From positions 18,873-82,872 of the forward strand of contig CAYRJZ010000001.1 in assembly GCA_964424775.1 (NCBI GenBank): 64,000 nucleotides of DNA, read 5' to 3'. This DNA is from an uncultured Gammaproteobacteria bacterium. GTDB taxonomy: Bacteria > Patescibacteriota > Microgenomatia > Levybacterales > UBA12049. The notes under the pieces were generated by a model. It ran no database searches. It saw nothing but the letters and a program-made list of their open reading frames with translations, and had not been told where the DNA came from. Shown piece by piece: positions 47,170 through 57,421 of the stretch. The position numbers and the translations under genes are program-made. Position 1 is the first letter of the stretch; each line of letters begins with the position of its first letter.

Positions 47170-48188
47170 AGATAGGCAGAGAGTCCGCCTTTTGGAGCAA
47201 AAGCAGCGGCAAAAGCAATTTTATTGCATTTCTTTAACTCAGATTCAGTAAGCAAATTATTCTTCAGGAGAAATCCAAATTGTCTTTTCAAATGTGCCTT
47301 CTCAATCATCTCAGGCCAGTCTGTATTAATAGTAAAAAGAATATCTTCCTTAATAAAAGTCTTAAGGATATAGCGGAGTTCTTCAATATCTTTGACAGCT
47401 TGAGTAACGAGATTTGACAGCGGACAAACTTCAAGAACAATTTTTCTTTTCCTCAGTTCCTTTAGAAGTTTTGGATCATACGCTGCCATAATGCCATGTC
47501 CAATACGATGCGGCTGGATTGTTTCAAGCGCCTCCCAGACATCATTGGCACTTCTTACCTCCCCTGTATGCGCTGTTACTTTTAGTCCAGCTCTTTTGGC
47601 TCGTTGTACCAATTTTGTGTAGTCACTAAATTTAAATGATTTGGTTGCAGGGCCGGCAAAATCGATACCTACTACTCCCCTTCTTTTGTACTTTATTGCT
47701 TTTTCGACAATTATTTCATTCTGTTCGTATGAAAATTCTCGTGCGAGACAAAAAATGATACCTGCAGAGAGGCGTGGGTACTCAAGGAGTGAGCGTTCCA
47801 TGCCACGAAGCATAGCCATGATGACATGGTCGAGATCAACTGTTCCATTATGATTGTGCTTCATGGGATTGTTGCGAAGCTCAATAAGCGTTGTGTTATT
47901 TGATCTGTACGCTCCACCCATAATTTCATACGTTGCCTCCTCAACTGCGTGTGTTCCAGATGAGAGACGATCGAGGAGCGGGTGATATATCTCTTTAAAA
48001 TACTCTTCCATGGGCTTGGTGTGTTCAAGTGAAAGACGAATATAGTCTCGAAACTCCTGATAGTCCTTTTGAGGAAGTTTGAATCCTTGGTCATGAGCGA
48101 TTTTCCAGTAAATAGCAGGGTGAATAGAGGCTCCTAGATGAGCATGAAGTTCTGCTAAGGGGTAAGAAGGGGAAAAAGATTGTTCCAT
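47166..48188 (-). CDS. adenosine/adenine deaminase family metallohydrolase
   Basis: N-terminal metal-binding HxH motif (ELHAHLGAS), HTGE, and the C-terminal TINTDWP (the SLNTDDP-type motif). Confidence 0.65.
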   Translation of the reverse strand: MEQSFSPSYPLAELHAHLGASIHPAIYWKIAHDQGFKLPQKDYQEFRDYIRLSLEHTKPMEEYFKEIYHPLLDRLSSGTHAVEEATYEIMGGAYRSNNTTLIELRNNPMKHNHNGTVDLDHVIMAMLRGMERSLLEYPRLSAGIIFCLAREFSYEQNEIIVEKAIKYKRRGVVGIDFAGPATKSFKFSDYTKLVQRAKRAGLKVTAHTGEVRSANDVWEALETIQPHRIGHGIMAAYDPKLLKELRKRKIVLEVCPLSNLVTQAVKDIEELRYILKTFIKEDILFTINTDWPEMIEKAHLKRQFGFLLKNNLLTESELKKCNKIAFAAAFAPKGGLSAYL

Positions 48189-48209
48189 AATCGATTATAT
48201 CACTTCAGA

Positions 48210-49826
48210 TTATGATACATCGAGGCTTTCATATCCTGGAAGTCCCACAATTGCATCGTGCTCAGCTCCATTGGTAAAGACAACGACTGGGACACCTGTT
48301 CGTTCTTGTAAAAATCCGAGGAATCGTTGAGCGTTTTCGGGCATTTCCTCTATTGTCTGAGCACGTGCAGCCGCTTCTCCATCCCAGCCTGGTAACTCAA
48401 CATAATTATCTTCATCAACAGTAACGCTTTTGAGATAATCAAGTTTTGGCTGATAGCCAACTATTTGTCCTTCTTTTTTATAAGAATGATACATACGTAC
48501 TGGGACATCTTCTCGTTGGATATCCATATGGGTAACACCCAGAACATTCGCTCCACCTTGCATGAGATTATAATTGAGGAAGGCAAGATCCCAGTGATTC
48601 ATATCCCTCCATCTACCTGTTGTCGTACCAACTTCACTGGCAATTCGTCGTATTTCCGTAGCCCAAACTTGCTCAGGTGTTGCATTCTCAGGTACGTTAT
48701 TATGTTCTCGTGAGAGATCAATATGGGTAGGCATCCGTCTTTCACCGACACTTGAAGGATTGTGTTTGGCAACTGCTAAGCGCTGATGGATTATATCTTT
48801 GGTATAAAACCCAGTTCCTGAGTTAACACCATAAAAAGTTGTGTTTGATGATGTCGTATCAGGATAGGTCCCCACCCAAGGATCTAGCCCAACAGCTTGA
48901 GCTCCTTCGAAAATAACTCCCTTTCGGGGATCTTGAGAGGATTCTTTGTGGTGTTCAAATGTATCCTGCACCATACCCCGATCTCTAAGCCATTGCCTTT
49001 GTTCTGCGAGGCGATCAAGGAATTCGGGAAGTGTCCCTACTGTAGCGTCAACTCCCTGTTGTTCTCTTTTCTTCTTAAAGTCAGGTACCTGCATCTCTGC
49101 AAGTGATTTTCCATACCCTGCAAACATTTTTTCATAATTTCGATACCTCTCTGTAAAATGATCTTGCCAATCCTCATCCAGGAGATTGCCAATCAGAGAT
49201 CCTGTTCTATCTAAGCGATGGGCATAAGCTGGACTGATGCCTCGACCGGTTCCTCCTTTTGATTTGCCTGATAATTCGTTGTTGAGTTTTTCCTCAGCAC
49301 GTTCAAGATCTGTTACCGCTGCTGCAAATGGTGAAAGAAGGACTCGGCCTTCAGTGCTTCCTACAACGTCTTCGATGTATCCAATTTCTGTTCTCAGGTC
49401 TTCTACATTGATGACCATTCCTTGGTCCATAATGACCGTTGCACGCTCATTAAAAATAGCGGATGGGACTTGATGAAGATCAATTTTTTCCCCATTCACT
49501 TCAACGGTATGCCCAGCGTTACTTCCCCCATTCCAACGGATTGCATCAATTGTATCCACATTGTCATTCTCAAGAACAATGTCTGTCAGGGCAGCAACAA
49601 CTTTTCCTTTTCCCTCATCCCCTAATTGAGCCCCTTCAATTCCCCGGAGGCGTTTGTCACTGAGCGGCTCAGCTTGGATATCTGATCTACTGCGTACTCC
49701 AACAAGAGGAACTGGTCCATCGTATATTCGCGAGATATCTTGTGAAATGCCTAACCATGGTGTGGCGTAGAGAAGTTTTCTTTTTTCTGGAAGTGTGAGG
49801 AAGGATGGTTGCTCCGGACTCGGCAT
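48210..49826 (-). CDS. purA: adenylosuccinate synthetase with N-terminal extension
   Basis: PurA P-loop GAQLGDEGKGKVVAALTD and GGSNAGHTV. About 70 extra N-terminal residues plus internal insertions make it 538 aa. Confidence 0.7.
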   Translation of the reverse strand: MPSPEQPSFLTLPEKRKLLYATPWLGISQDISRIYDGPVPLVGVRSRSDIQAEPLSDKRLRGIEGAQLGDEGKGKVVAALTDIVLENDNVDTIDAIRWNGGSNAGHTVEVNGEKIDLHQVPSAIFNERATVIMDQGMVINVEDLRTEIGYIEDVVGSTEGRVLLSPFAAAVTDLERAEEKLNNELSGKSKGGTGRGISPAYAHRLDRTGSLIGNLLDEDWQDHFTERYRNYEKMFAGYGKSLAEMQVPDFKKKREQQGVDATVGTLPEFLDRLAEQRQWLRDRGMVQDTFEHHKESSQDPRKGVIFEGAQAVGLDPWVGTYPDTTSSNTTFYGVNSGTGFYTKDIIHQRLAVAKHNPSSVGERRMPTHIDLSREHNNVPENATPEQVWATEIRRIASEVGTTTGRWRDMNHWDLAFLNYNLMQGGANVLGVTHMDIQREDVPVRMYHSYKKEGQIVGYQPKLDYLKSVTVDEDNYVELPGWDGEAAARAQTIEEMPENAQRFLGFLQERTGVPVVVFTNGAEHDAIVGLPGYESLDVS

Positions 49827-49890
49827 TGCAAAGGCAGTATAGGGCGTTTATGTTGTGGAGTCAACATATAAATATAATGTATACTAAGTT

Positions 49891-51414
49891 ATGATCCTCG
49901 TTATCGATTTTGGTTCCCAAACAGCACAGCTTATTGAGAGAAGAGTAAAGGATTTTGGTGCTGAAACTCTTTTTATTACACCAGAAGAAGCCGTTCAAAA
50001 AATTGATGAACTCCATCCTCATGGAATAATTTTGTCAGGTGGACCTTCATCGGTCTATGGACCAGACTCCCCTACCATTGATGCAGAAATATTTGAAAAA
50101 GGAATTCCAATTCTTGCTATCTGTTATGGAATGCAGTTGATGATGCATCTCCATGGTGGGAAAGTAGTCTCGGGGAAAAAAGAATATGGTCCGGCAGTTA
50201 TTCAGATAAAAGAGAGACACTCACTTCTTGAAGGAGTTGGCGGCCAAACAACAGTCTGGATGAGTCATGGAGATGAGGTAATTGAGATACCTACTGAATT
50301 TCAGACAATTGCCTCAACGGATCATGTCCCCTACGCAGTCGTTGTGAATGATAATGAAAAATTATACGGAATGCTTTTTCATCCTGAAGTTGAACATACG
50401 GAATTTGGGGATACTATTTTAAAGAATTTTGTCACTCTCTGTGAAACTCCACTTAGCGAGAAAAAGATAAACATTGATGAATTAATTGAGGACATAAGTA
50501 AAACAGTGGGAGAGAAAAGGGTGATTGGGGCTGTGTCTGGCGGTGTCGATTCAACTGTCGCAGCTGCTTTAACGGCAAAAGCAATTGGTGAGAATTTCAT
50601 TCCCTTCTATGTTGATAACGGTCTTATGAGGAGCGGAACAACTGAGAGTGTGAAAGAAATATTCTCACATATTGGTGTACCAGTGCATATTGTTGAGTGT
50701 GAAGAGGAAATGTTAAACAGGCTTAAAGGTATTATTGACCCTGAAGAGAAAAGAAAAATTATCGGGAATTTTTATATTGAGCTTTTTGAGCGTGAGATGG
50801 AAAAACTTGAGAAAGAGGGAAAAGAAATGACTTATCTCCTGCAAGGGACAATTTACTCGGATGTAATTGAAAGTAAGGGGACAAAGCATGCATCAAAAAT
50901 CAAGTCACATCATAATGTGGGGGGACTTCCTGAGCATATGAAATTAACGCTTCTTGAGCCCCTCAGAACTTTTTACAAAGATGAAGTAAGACTTATTGGG
51001 AGTATGCTTGGACTGCCTGATGAATTTATTCACAAACAGCCTTTCCCTGGACCTGGATTTGGTGTGAGGATACGAGGGGAGGTCACCAAAGAGAGGCTTG
51101 AAAGAGAACGTATCGCAGATGTTATTGTTCTTGAAGAGTTAGAAAAAGCAAATATCCTGAAGGGCGTATTTATATCATTTCCCGTGATGACAGGAGCTGA
51201 ATCAACAGCTGTAAAGGGAGATGGACGATTTTTTGGAGAAGTGGTTGCGCTTCGAGTAGTTGAGTCTCGGGATGTTATGACTTCGAAGTGGTCTCATCTG
51301 CCCTATGACGTTCTCCAGGCAATTTCTTCACGAATTGTAAATGAAGTTCCGGGTGTATCACGAGTGGTTTATGATATAACGACCAAACCGCCGGCAACAA
51401 TGGAGTGGGAGTAA
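49891..51414 (+). CDS. guaA: GMP synthase (glutamine-hydrolysing)
   Basis: GATase N-terminus (MILVIDFGSQTAQLI, ICYGMQLM), the ATP-PPase SGGVDS motif and a C-terminal dimerisation domain. Confidence 0.9.
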   Translation: MILVIDFGSQTAQLIERRVKDFGAETLFITPEEAVQKIDELHPHGIILSGGPSSVYGPDSPTIDAEIFEKGIPILAICYGMQLMMHLHGGKVVSGKKEYGPAVIQIKERHSLLEGVGGQTTVWMSHGDEVIEIPTEFQTIASTDHVPYAVVVNDNEKLYGMLFHPEVEHTEFGDTILKNFVTLCETPLSEKKINIDELIEDISKTVGEKRVIGAVSGGVDSTVAAALTAKAIGENFIPFYVDNGLMRSGTTESVKEIFSHIGVPVHIVECEEEMLNRLKGIIDPEEKRKIIGNFYIELFEREMEKLEKEGKEMTYLLQGTIYSDVIESKGTKHASKIKSHHNVGGLPEHMKLTLLEPLRTFYKDEVRLIGSMLGLPDEFIHKQPFPGPGFGVRIRGEVTKERLERERIADVIVLEELEKANILKGVFISFPVMTGAESTAVKGDGRFFGEVVALRVVESRDVMTSKWSHLPYDVLQAISSRIVNEVPGVSRVVYDITTKPPATMEWE

Positions 51415-52182
51415 TTAGGAGTTGAGGATAAATTTCTCTATAACATCCGCTACCCCATCCTCTTCAACTGACGGAGCAATATAGTCAGCTATTTCTTTCA
51501 GATCCGGCACTGCGTTTCCCATGGCAACTTTGAGACCACATGCCATAAGGAGAGGGAAGTCATTATACCCATCCCCTACCCCAATCATTTCACTTGGTGA
51601 TATCCCAAGTAATTTTGAAAGTTCCAAAACTCCATGTTGTTTGGTCGCTTGCGTATGAGTGATAGTTAAAGAAATTTTATGCGCTTTCCAGTCGGGTACT
51701 CGATGGACTGAAAGTGTCGTTATGTGGGCAAGTGCGTTAATAATTTCTTCAATCTTTGCGGGGTCAACTTCAAGGGCGTAAATCATGTGACATTCTTCAA
51801 TGTGCTGTTCATTTTTGTAGAGAGTATCTTGATCATTCATACATGTATAGAACGGAATATCATAGGAGTGAAGAATATTACACACATCCTGAGCAGCAGA
51901 GTCTAAAAGAGGTTGTTTGTATAGGTATACTTCTTGTGAGAGATCAATTATTTTTGCCCCACCACTTAAAATTGAGTATCCTTGAAGAGAGAGTTTTTGA
52001 ATAATATGTTTGGCAATTGGATAGCAGCGGGAAGTCGCCAGGCCCACATGAACATACTTCTGTGCGTTATTCACCGCTTCGATAACACGCTTTGATGGAA
52101 GCCCATCGAATCTATTGGGGATAGTTGTTCCGTCAAGGTCAAGAATAAGTGCCTTATACTTCATTGAGAAATGATTGTACAT
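51415..52182 (-). CDS. Cof-type HAD phosphatase
   Basis: Motif I DLDGT (KALILDLDGTTIP) and the Cof C-terminal motif GVGDGYNDFPLLMACGLKVAMGNA. Confidence 0.75.
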   Translation of the reverse strand: MYNHFSMKYKALILDLDGTTIPNRFDGLPSKRVIEAVNNAQKYVHVGLATSRCYPIAKHIIQKLSLQGYSILSGGAKIIDLSQEVYLYKQPLLDSAAQDVCNILHSYDIPFYTCMNDQDTLYKNEQHIEECHMIYALEVDPAKIEEIINALAHITTLSVHRVPDWKAHKISLTITHTQATKQHGVLELSKLLGISPSEMIGVGDGYNDFPLLMACGLKVAMGNAVPDLKEIADYIAPSVEEDGVADVIEKFILNS

Positions 52183-52230
52183 GGAAGAGAATTTCTGTAC
52201 AAGATAACTCGTGCTACAATAGCCCTACCG

Positions 52231-54006
52231 ATGGACCAAGTTGCGCAAATTCGAGATAAAATTGATATTACTTCATACCTTTCAGAATTCCTTACTCTAA
52301 AAAAAGCCGGTCGGAATTTTAAGGCTGTTTGTCCATTTCATAATGAAAAGTCACCCTCATTTATGGTCTCACCTGAACGCCAGATGTGGCACTGTTTTGG
52401 CTGTAACAAGGGAGGAGATATTTATACCTTTCTCATGGAGTATGAGCATGTAGAGTTCCCGGAGGCTCTTCGTATTCTTGCCAAAAGAGCGGGGGTGGAA
52501 CTTGTACAGTCAAAACATGAAGCTGGTCTATCTTCAAAGAAAGAGAGAATTTACTCACTGAATAAATTAACTGCTGACTATTACCATTATATTCTGACCA
52601 AACACCCCGTTGGAAAAAAAGCACTTGAATACCTTAAGGAACGTGGTGTGAATGAAAAAGTTATGGAGACATTTCTTCTTGGATTTGCACCGGGAAGTGG
52701 AAATGGTCTTTCTCAGTATCTCGTTGGAAAGAAGAAATATGCTCGAGATGAAGTTATTGAAGCTGGACTTGCCTATCCTCGGGGACGAGATCTTGTGGAT
52801 TTTTTTAAGGGACGACTGATGTTTCCCCTCATTGATCACAGGGATAATATTGTTGGCTTCTCAGGCAGAATTTTAGAAGATAATAAAGAAACCTCAAAAT
52901 ACATTAATACTCGCGAGACGCTTGTTTACCATAAAGGAGAGCATTTTTATGGCCTTTCTGTTACGAAAGACGCTATCCGTAAAGCTGGGCATGCCATTAT
53001 GGTAGAGGGGGAATTTGATGTTATCTCGTGTTTTCAGGAAGGTGTCTCAAATGTTGTAGCAGTCAAAGGAACAGCACTTACAGAGATGCAGGTCTCACTC
53101 ATTGGCCGATACGCAAGTAAAATTTCTATTTGCTTTGATGGTGATAAGGCTGGACAGGAAGCAATGAAGAGAAGCCTTCCAATTATTGAGAAAAAAGGGC
53201 TTCAGGCAACAGTTATCGTTGTCCCTGATGGTAAAGATCCAGATGAAGCTTTGAAGAAAAATCCAACAGGTTTTAAGATCGCAGTTAAAAAAGACATTAG
53301 TGTCTACGACTACCTCTTTGATCAGGCACAAAAGGGTGGGGATAAAGAGACAGCAGAAGGCAAGAAAGACATTGCGGATGCATTCCTTCCAGTCATCCAG
53401 TCTATGTCAAATGAAATTATTAAAGAACATTATCTTCGCAAATTGAGCACGTCTCTTGGAACAACGTATGAGAGCATTGTCAAAGAGTTGCAACGACTGA
53501 AACAGAAAGAGCTGGTGACACACGTTAAAATCCCAGATATCCAAGTAAAAAGAACACGGGAAGAAGTTCTTGAAGAGTATCTCACATCACTTATTCTCCA
53601 GGCAGAGTCAGCGAAAGAAATGTTGCAACTGGCTCTTACTGAGTTATCAGAGGTCATTTCAAAAGATAAGGCGTATCACAAGATTTTTGATCATCTCCTC
53701 ACCCATTTAGATAACGACAAAAAATTTGATGGAAATATTTTTGGAATGAGTCTTCCAACAGAACTATTGGCAACATATAATACCAGCCTTCTCTTCCCCC
53801 TCCCCTCTTTTCAAAGTAGTGATCGGTATAAGGAAGAAGTTGAAAAAGTTGCGAAAGAGCTGCGAGATCTCTATCTTCGCGAGAGACTAAAAAAACTTTC
53901 AGAGCAAATAGCAACAAGTGAAAAAGATGGTAAAGCGGATGAACTGGAGAATCTTAAAAAAGAGTACTCCAAGTTGTTAACGCTCCTCCACAAGACATCA
54001 TCGTAG
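52231..54006 (+). CDS. dnaG: DNA primase
   Basis: CHC2 zinc finger (CPFHNEKSPSFMVSPERQMWHCFGC) and TOPRIM (MVEGEFDVIS). The probable start is MDQVAQI at 52231. Confidence 0.85.
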   Translation: MDQVAQIRDKIDITSYLSEFLTLKKAGRNFKAVCPFHNEKSPSFMVSPERQMWHCFGCNKGGDIYTFLMEYEHVEFPEALRILAKRAGVELVQSKHEAGLSSKKERIYSLNKLTADYYHYILTKHPVGKKALEYLKERGVNEKVMETFLLGFAPGSGNGLSQYLVGKKKYARDEVIEAGLAYPRGRDLVDFFKGRLMFPLIDHRDNIVGFSGRILEDNKETSKYINTRETLVYHKGEHFYGLSVTKDAIRKAGHAIMVEGEFDVISCFQEGVSNVVAVKGTALTEMQVSLIGRYASKISICFDGDKAGQEAMKRSLPIIEKKGLQATVIVVPDGKDPDEALKKNPTGFKIAVKKDISVYDYLFDQAQKGGDKETAEGKKDIADAFLPVIQSMSNEIIKEHYLRKLSTSLGTTYESIVKELQRLKQKELVTHVKIPDIQVKRTREEVLEEYLTSLILQAESAKEMLQLALTELSEVISKDKAYHKIFDHLLTHLDNDKKFDGNIFGMSLPTELLATYNTSLLFPLPSFQSSDRYKEEVEKVAKELRDLYLRERLKKLSEQIATSEKDGKADELENLKKEYSKLLTLLHKTSS

Positions 54007-54067
54007 AGCTTGCAATTTCCTCAAAGTGTGCTACTATAGGAGGTACCATAAGCCCTACACCTAGGAG

Positions 54068-55192
54068 GTGGGCTTTTTGTCGTTGGAAAACATCATGAGT
54101 AGCACTGCAGTCAAAATCAAACTCCCCACAATTCTTGAAGATGTTGTTGTCTCAGCTAAAAAGCGTGGTTATGTTACCCAAGAGGAAATTCTCGGTATAT
54201 ATTCCAAGCCTGAAGAACATATTGAAGAACTCGATTCACTCTATGACAAGCTGATGAAGCTTGATATTGACGTGTTTGAGAGTGTTTCACAAGAGCAGGA
54301 TGAATCAAAACCAATTGAGGATTTAGAGAAAGAACTCGAAGCACTCACTGTGCTCACAGAAGGAACAGTCTCTGATCCTGTCCGTATGTATCTGAAAGAA
54401 ATTGGCCGTATTCCACTCCTTACCTTCAATCAGGAAATTGAGTTAGCAAAACGCGTCGAAAAAGGTGATGATGTAGCCAAACAGACTCTTATTAACTCCA
54501 ATCTTCGTCTCGTTGTCTCAATTGCGAAAAAATATATCGGGAGAGGCCTTTCACTTCTTGATCTCATTCAGGAAGGCAATCAAGGGCTTATTCGTGCCGT
54601 TGAGAAATATGACTGGCAGCGAGGATTTAAGTTCTCAACATATGCAACATGGTGGATTAGACAATCAGTTACCCGTGCTATTGCAGATCAGGCTCGAACT
54701 ATTCGTATTCCTGTTCACATGGTCGAGAATATTAATAGATTTTTACGTGCATCTCGAAAGCTTATGCAGGAACTTGGTCGTGAACCTACCCCTGAAGAAG
54801 TAGCAGCAGTTCTCGGTATTGAGCCTGAAAAGGCACTTGAAATTATTAAGATTTCTCAGAACCCAGCATCTCTTGAAGCACCTGTTGGAGATGAAGAGGA
54901 TAGTAGACTTGGAGACTTTATTCATGACTCAAGCGCTCCTACGCTTTTTGACTCTGCATCCCGTGAATTACTCAAAGAACAGGCAGATCAGGTCTTAGGA
55001 ACGCTTTCAGACCGCGAGAGACGTGTTCTAGAAGAGCGATTCGGACTGAAAGATGGACGTCCAAAGACACTTGAAGAAGTTGGACGAATGTTTGCCGTTA
55101 CACGTGAGCGTATTCGACAGATCGAGGCAAAAGCACTCCGCAAGCTCCGCCACCCAAGTCGAGGAAATAAACTTAAAGATTACTTAGGTTAA
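54068..55192 (+). CDS. rpoD: RNA polymerase primary sigma factor
   Basis: Regions 2-4 are conserved ([34 protein letters not shown], and the region 4 block ...[28 protein letters not shown]). The start is ambiguous: the GTG at 54068 overlaps the SD (AGGAGG), with alternatives TTG at 54077 and ATG at 54095. Confidence 0.85.
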   Translation: MGFLSLENIMSSTAVKIKLPTILEDVVVSAKKRGYVTQEEILGIYSKPEEHIEELDSLYDKLMKLDIDVFESVSQEQDESKPIEDLEKELEALTVLTEGTVSDPVRMYLKEIGRIPLLTFNQEIELAKRVEKGDDVAKQTLINSNLRLVVSIAKKYIGRGLSLLDLIQEGNQGLIRAVEKYDWQRGFKFSTYATWWIRQSVTRAIADQARTIRIPVHMVENINRFLRASRKLMQELGREPTPEEVAAVLGIEPEKALEIIKISQNPASLEAPVGDEEDSRLGDFIHDSSAPTLFDSASRELLKEQADQVLGTLSDRERRVLEERFGLKDGRPKTLEEVGRMFAVTRERIRQIEAKALRKLRHPSRGNKLKDYLG

Positions 55193-55984
55193 TCGGTAGT
55201 AAGAAGGTACGTTGTACTCTGGATGATTTTTCCCTCCATAGATAGTTCCTCCATCTTCCATAAGATGTTCTGAAATTTGTATATTTGTCCTTCTCCCTGT
55301 TCCTTGTTGCTGTTCTTGAACAACTTGATGAAGTGTTTCAAGTGCAGTTCGAAGCACACCTTCTTTTATGGAGGGAGTAATAAAATTCAGTCCAGTAAGG
55401 TGTACTGAAGTATTTGAAGGAATATATTGAGGTCCATCTTGAATATTTCTAAATTCGGAGAGTGCATGATTGATAGTCGTTCTTGTTGCCGTGCGAAGTC
55501 TTTCCTCTCCAACAATTTGCATAACGCGATCTGGATCAATGCTAAATAAAAGATCGAGCGTTACTGGTTCATTATCAATTCGTCTTGATAAATATTCAAT
55601 AGTTGCAGTTGAAGAGACAGGATTGGTATGCGCTGCCCCTACGCCTACGTCCGGATGTACCACTGCTACTGCAAGACATCGACTCGCAACACCAGTTGCA
55701 AAAGCTCGTCCATTTTCTGCAAGTTCTTTTTCAGATCTATTTCCCCGGTCATCAGTGCCCAAACTCTCTATCCCAGATTGAAGTCCAATTTTATTAAGAT
55801 GACGTCTTTCTTCAGATTTTGTAACCAGATCTAATTCAGAAAGAATTTCATGAACTCTATTAAGGAAGACATTCTTGGGAAGAGTGCCTTTTTTTAGGTG
55901 CTCAGTAAGTAAAACTAACTCTTGTGTTCGTATCTCAATAAGTACATCACTTGAAAGTGGGTTTCTGCCTTCAGATCGTGTCAT
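55184..55984 (-). CDS. hypothetical protein (266 aa)
   Basis: ORF-track entry, convergent with rpoD. No family recognised with confidence. Confidence 0.4.
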   Translation of the reverse strand: MTRSEGRNPLSSDVLIEIRTQELVLLTEHLKKGTLPKNVFLNRVHEILSELDLVTKSEERRHLNKIGLQSGIESLGTDDRGNRSEKELAENGRAFATGVASRCLAVAVVHPDVGVGAAHTNPVSSTATIEYLSRRIDNEPVTLDLLFSIDPDRVMQIVGEERLRTATRTTINHALSEFRNIQDGPQYIPSNTSVHLTGLNFITPSIKEGVLRTALETLHQVVQEQQQGTGRRTNIQISEHLMEDGGTIYGGKNHPEYNVPSYYRLT

Positions 55985-56028
55985 AGCTGGGGATTATACA
56001 GAGATAGGAATTTTCTGTCAAAAAAGAG

Positions 56029-56664
56029 CTATTTATTGAGGATGTCAAAAGAAAGTTTTGGTAAAGAAATATCTTTTCTTTTGTGTCTAATATAAAGAAA
56101 GTAGGGAACAATCCCTGTCATGTTAATAAAAGCCGCAATAAAGAAAAGTGTTCGAAAGCCATACTTCCCAACAATTGCACCTGCAATGATTGCTGCTAAG
56201 GCCATACTTAAAAAGACACCAGCATCCAAAACACTCCAGACAAATGAAGCTTTATCTTTATTTACGCCAGCACTAAATAAGGTATTTTTTGCAGGACTTG
56301 CAATACCAAGAGCGATACCGATCATTGCATAGAGGAAATAGACTTGTGCAACATCATTTACATAGGCAAGGCCAATATAGGAAATACTCAAAAGACTCAT
56401 CCCCAAAACCATGAGGAATAATTTATGGCGTGTTCTTTTTTTGGTGAGATACTTTCCACTTGCAAGACCGAAGATAACACGTGCGAGAAGATACGCACTG
56501 AAAGAGGAAGCAGCCTTTTCAACACTTCCATTTGGGAGTTGGGAAACGTAGATTGAGAAAATTGGCATGATGAAGTTCCAGCCAGACCAGAGAAGCATTT
56601 CCGCCAAAATAATAGCTTTGACAACTGAATTAACTTTTAGACGCGACAAATTCTCTTTTACCAT
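56029..56664 (-). CDS. six-TM MFS-like half-transporter / membrane protein
   Basis: About six hydrophobic helices with MFS-like loop composition. Only 211 aa. Confidence 0.45.
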   Translation of the reverse strand: MVKENLSRLKVNSVVKAIILAEMLLWSGWNFIMPIFSIYVSQLPNGSVEKAASSFSAYLLARVIFGLASGKYLTKKRTRHKLFLMVLGMSLLSISYIGLAYVNDVAQVYFLYAMIGIALGIASPAKNTLFSAGVNKDKASFVWSVLDAGVFLSMALAAIIAGAIVGKYGFRTLFFIAAFINMTGIVPYFLYIRHKRKDISLPKLSFDILNK

Positions 56665-56761
56665 ATATAAAAGTGTTCTCGGTAACGGGGCACGGTGAAT
56701 TGTGTCTCGAAGAAAGGGAACATATTTATTGTAAAAAACTTACCTATAAGTTGTAAACCCT

Positions 56762-57106
56762 TTACTTGGGATTCTTACATAGACAGTCTTTTTCGTTGAG
56801 AAGTCGATATTGCTCATCTATAGAATGGATAAATTCTGTCTGAGTCGCATCACCTATAGCGAGTGATTCTTCAAGAGGAGATGAGTGTCGGTAGCCACGT
56901 TTTTCCATCTCCTCAACGAGCGCCTCATGACGAGTGAAAAGAGCTCTTAGTTTACCGACCCATCTTTTGGTCTCTGGGTGTTGCATGTACCCTTTTCTAT
57001 TCTGAGTCAGTATCGTCCAGAGAGCATGAAGTTCATGATGTTCACCGAGCAAATGTTGCCGGCAAAGATTTGATGGTGGGACGTCCCAAATTCTCATAGC
57101 AAGCAT
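56762..57106 (-). CDS. pyrimidine dimer DNA glycosylase (T4 endonuclease V-like, Pyr_excise family)
   Basis: The N-terminus MRIWDVPPSNLCRQHLLGEHHELHALW closely parallels the endoV-family start (R.N.VPP.ELCDQHLLAEHRELP). Confidence 0.7.
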   Translation of the reverse strand: MLAMRIWDVPPSNLCRQHLLGEHHELHALWTILTQNRKGYMQHPETKRWVGKLRALFTRHEALVEEMEKRGYRHSSPLEESLAIGDATQTEFIHSIDEQYRLLNEKDCLCKNPK

Positions 57107-57179
57107 TGTAGCAAAATACTTTTATTTTGGTCTTGAGGCTAGAAGCATTACATGCTAAAATGGGCAGACAATTGAATAT

Positions 57180-57251
57180 TCCCCTGTAGCTCAGCGGTAG
57201 AGCAGGAAGCTGTTAACTTCAAGGTCCGTGGTTCGAATCCACGCGGGGGAG
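57180..57251 (+). tRNA. tRNA-Asn (anticodon GUU)
   Basis: Cloverleaf by hand: acceptor UCCCCUG/CGGGGGA, D-arm GCUC-AGCGGUA-GAGC, anticodon arm GGAAG-CUGUUAA-CUUCA (U33, GUU, A37), variable loop AGGUC, T-arm CGUGG-UUCGAAU-CCACG, discriminator G. CCA is not encoded. Confidence 0.85.
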
Positions 57252-57421
57252 CAGAGATAGATTTTTAGTCCATATAACTTCTAAATTGGTTGGTATATCA
57301 TCTTCTCTTCAGGTTCTAACATCGTCCATCAGGCGGAGAAAAAAGTATCAGCAATCCACTAATATAACTTGTTTTATCGATTATTTGACAATTACCTTGG
57401 AATGATCCATTCTAATTAGAA

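Noticed and set aside
55184-55984. HrcA heat-shock repressor assignment
   Set aside because: Only vague resemblance in the middle region. It lacks the N-terminal winged-helix block and there is no grpE-dnaK context. Left as hypothetical.
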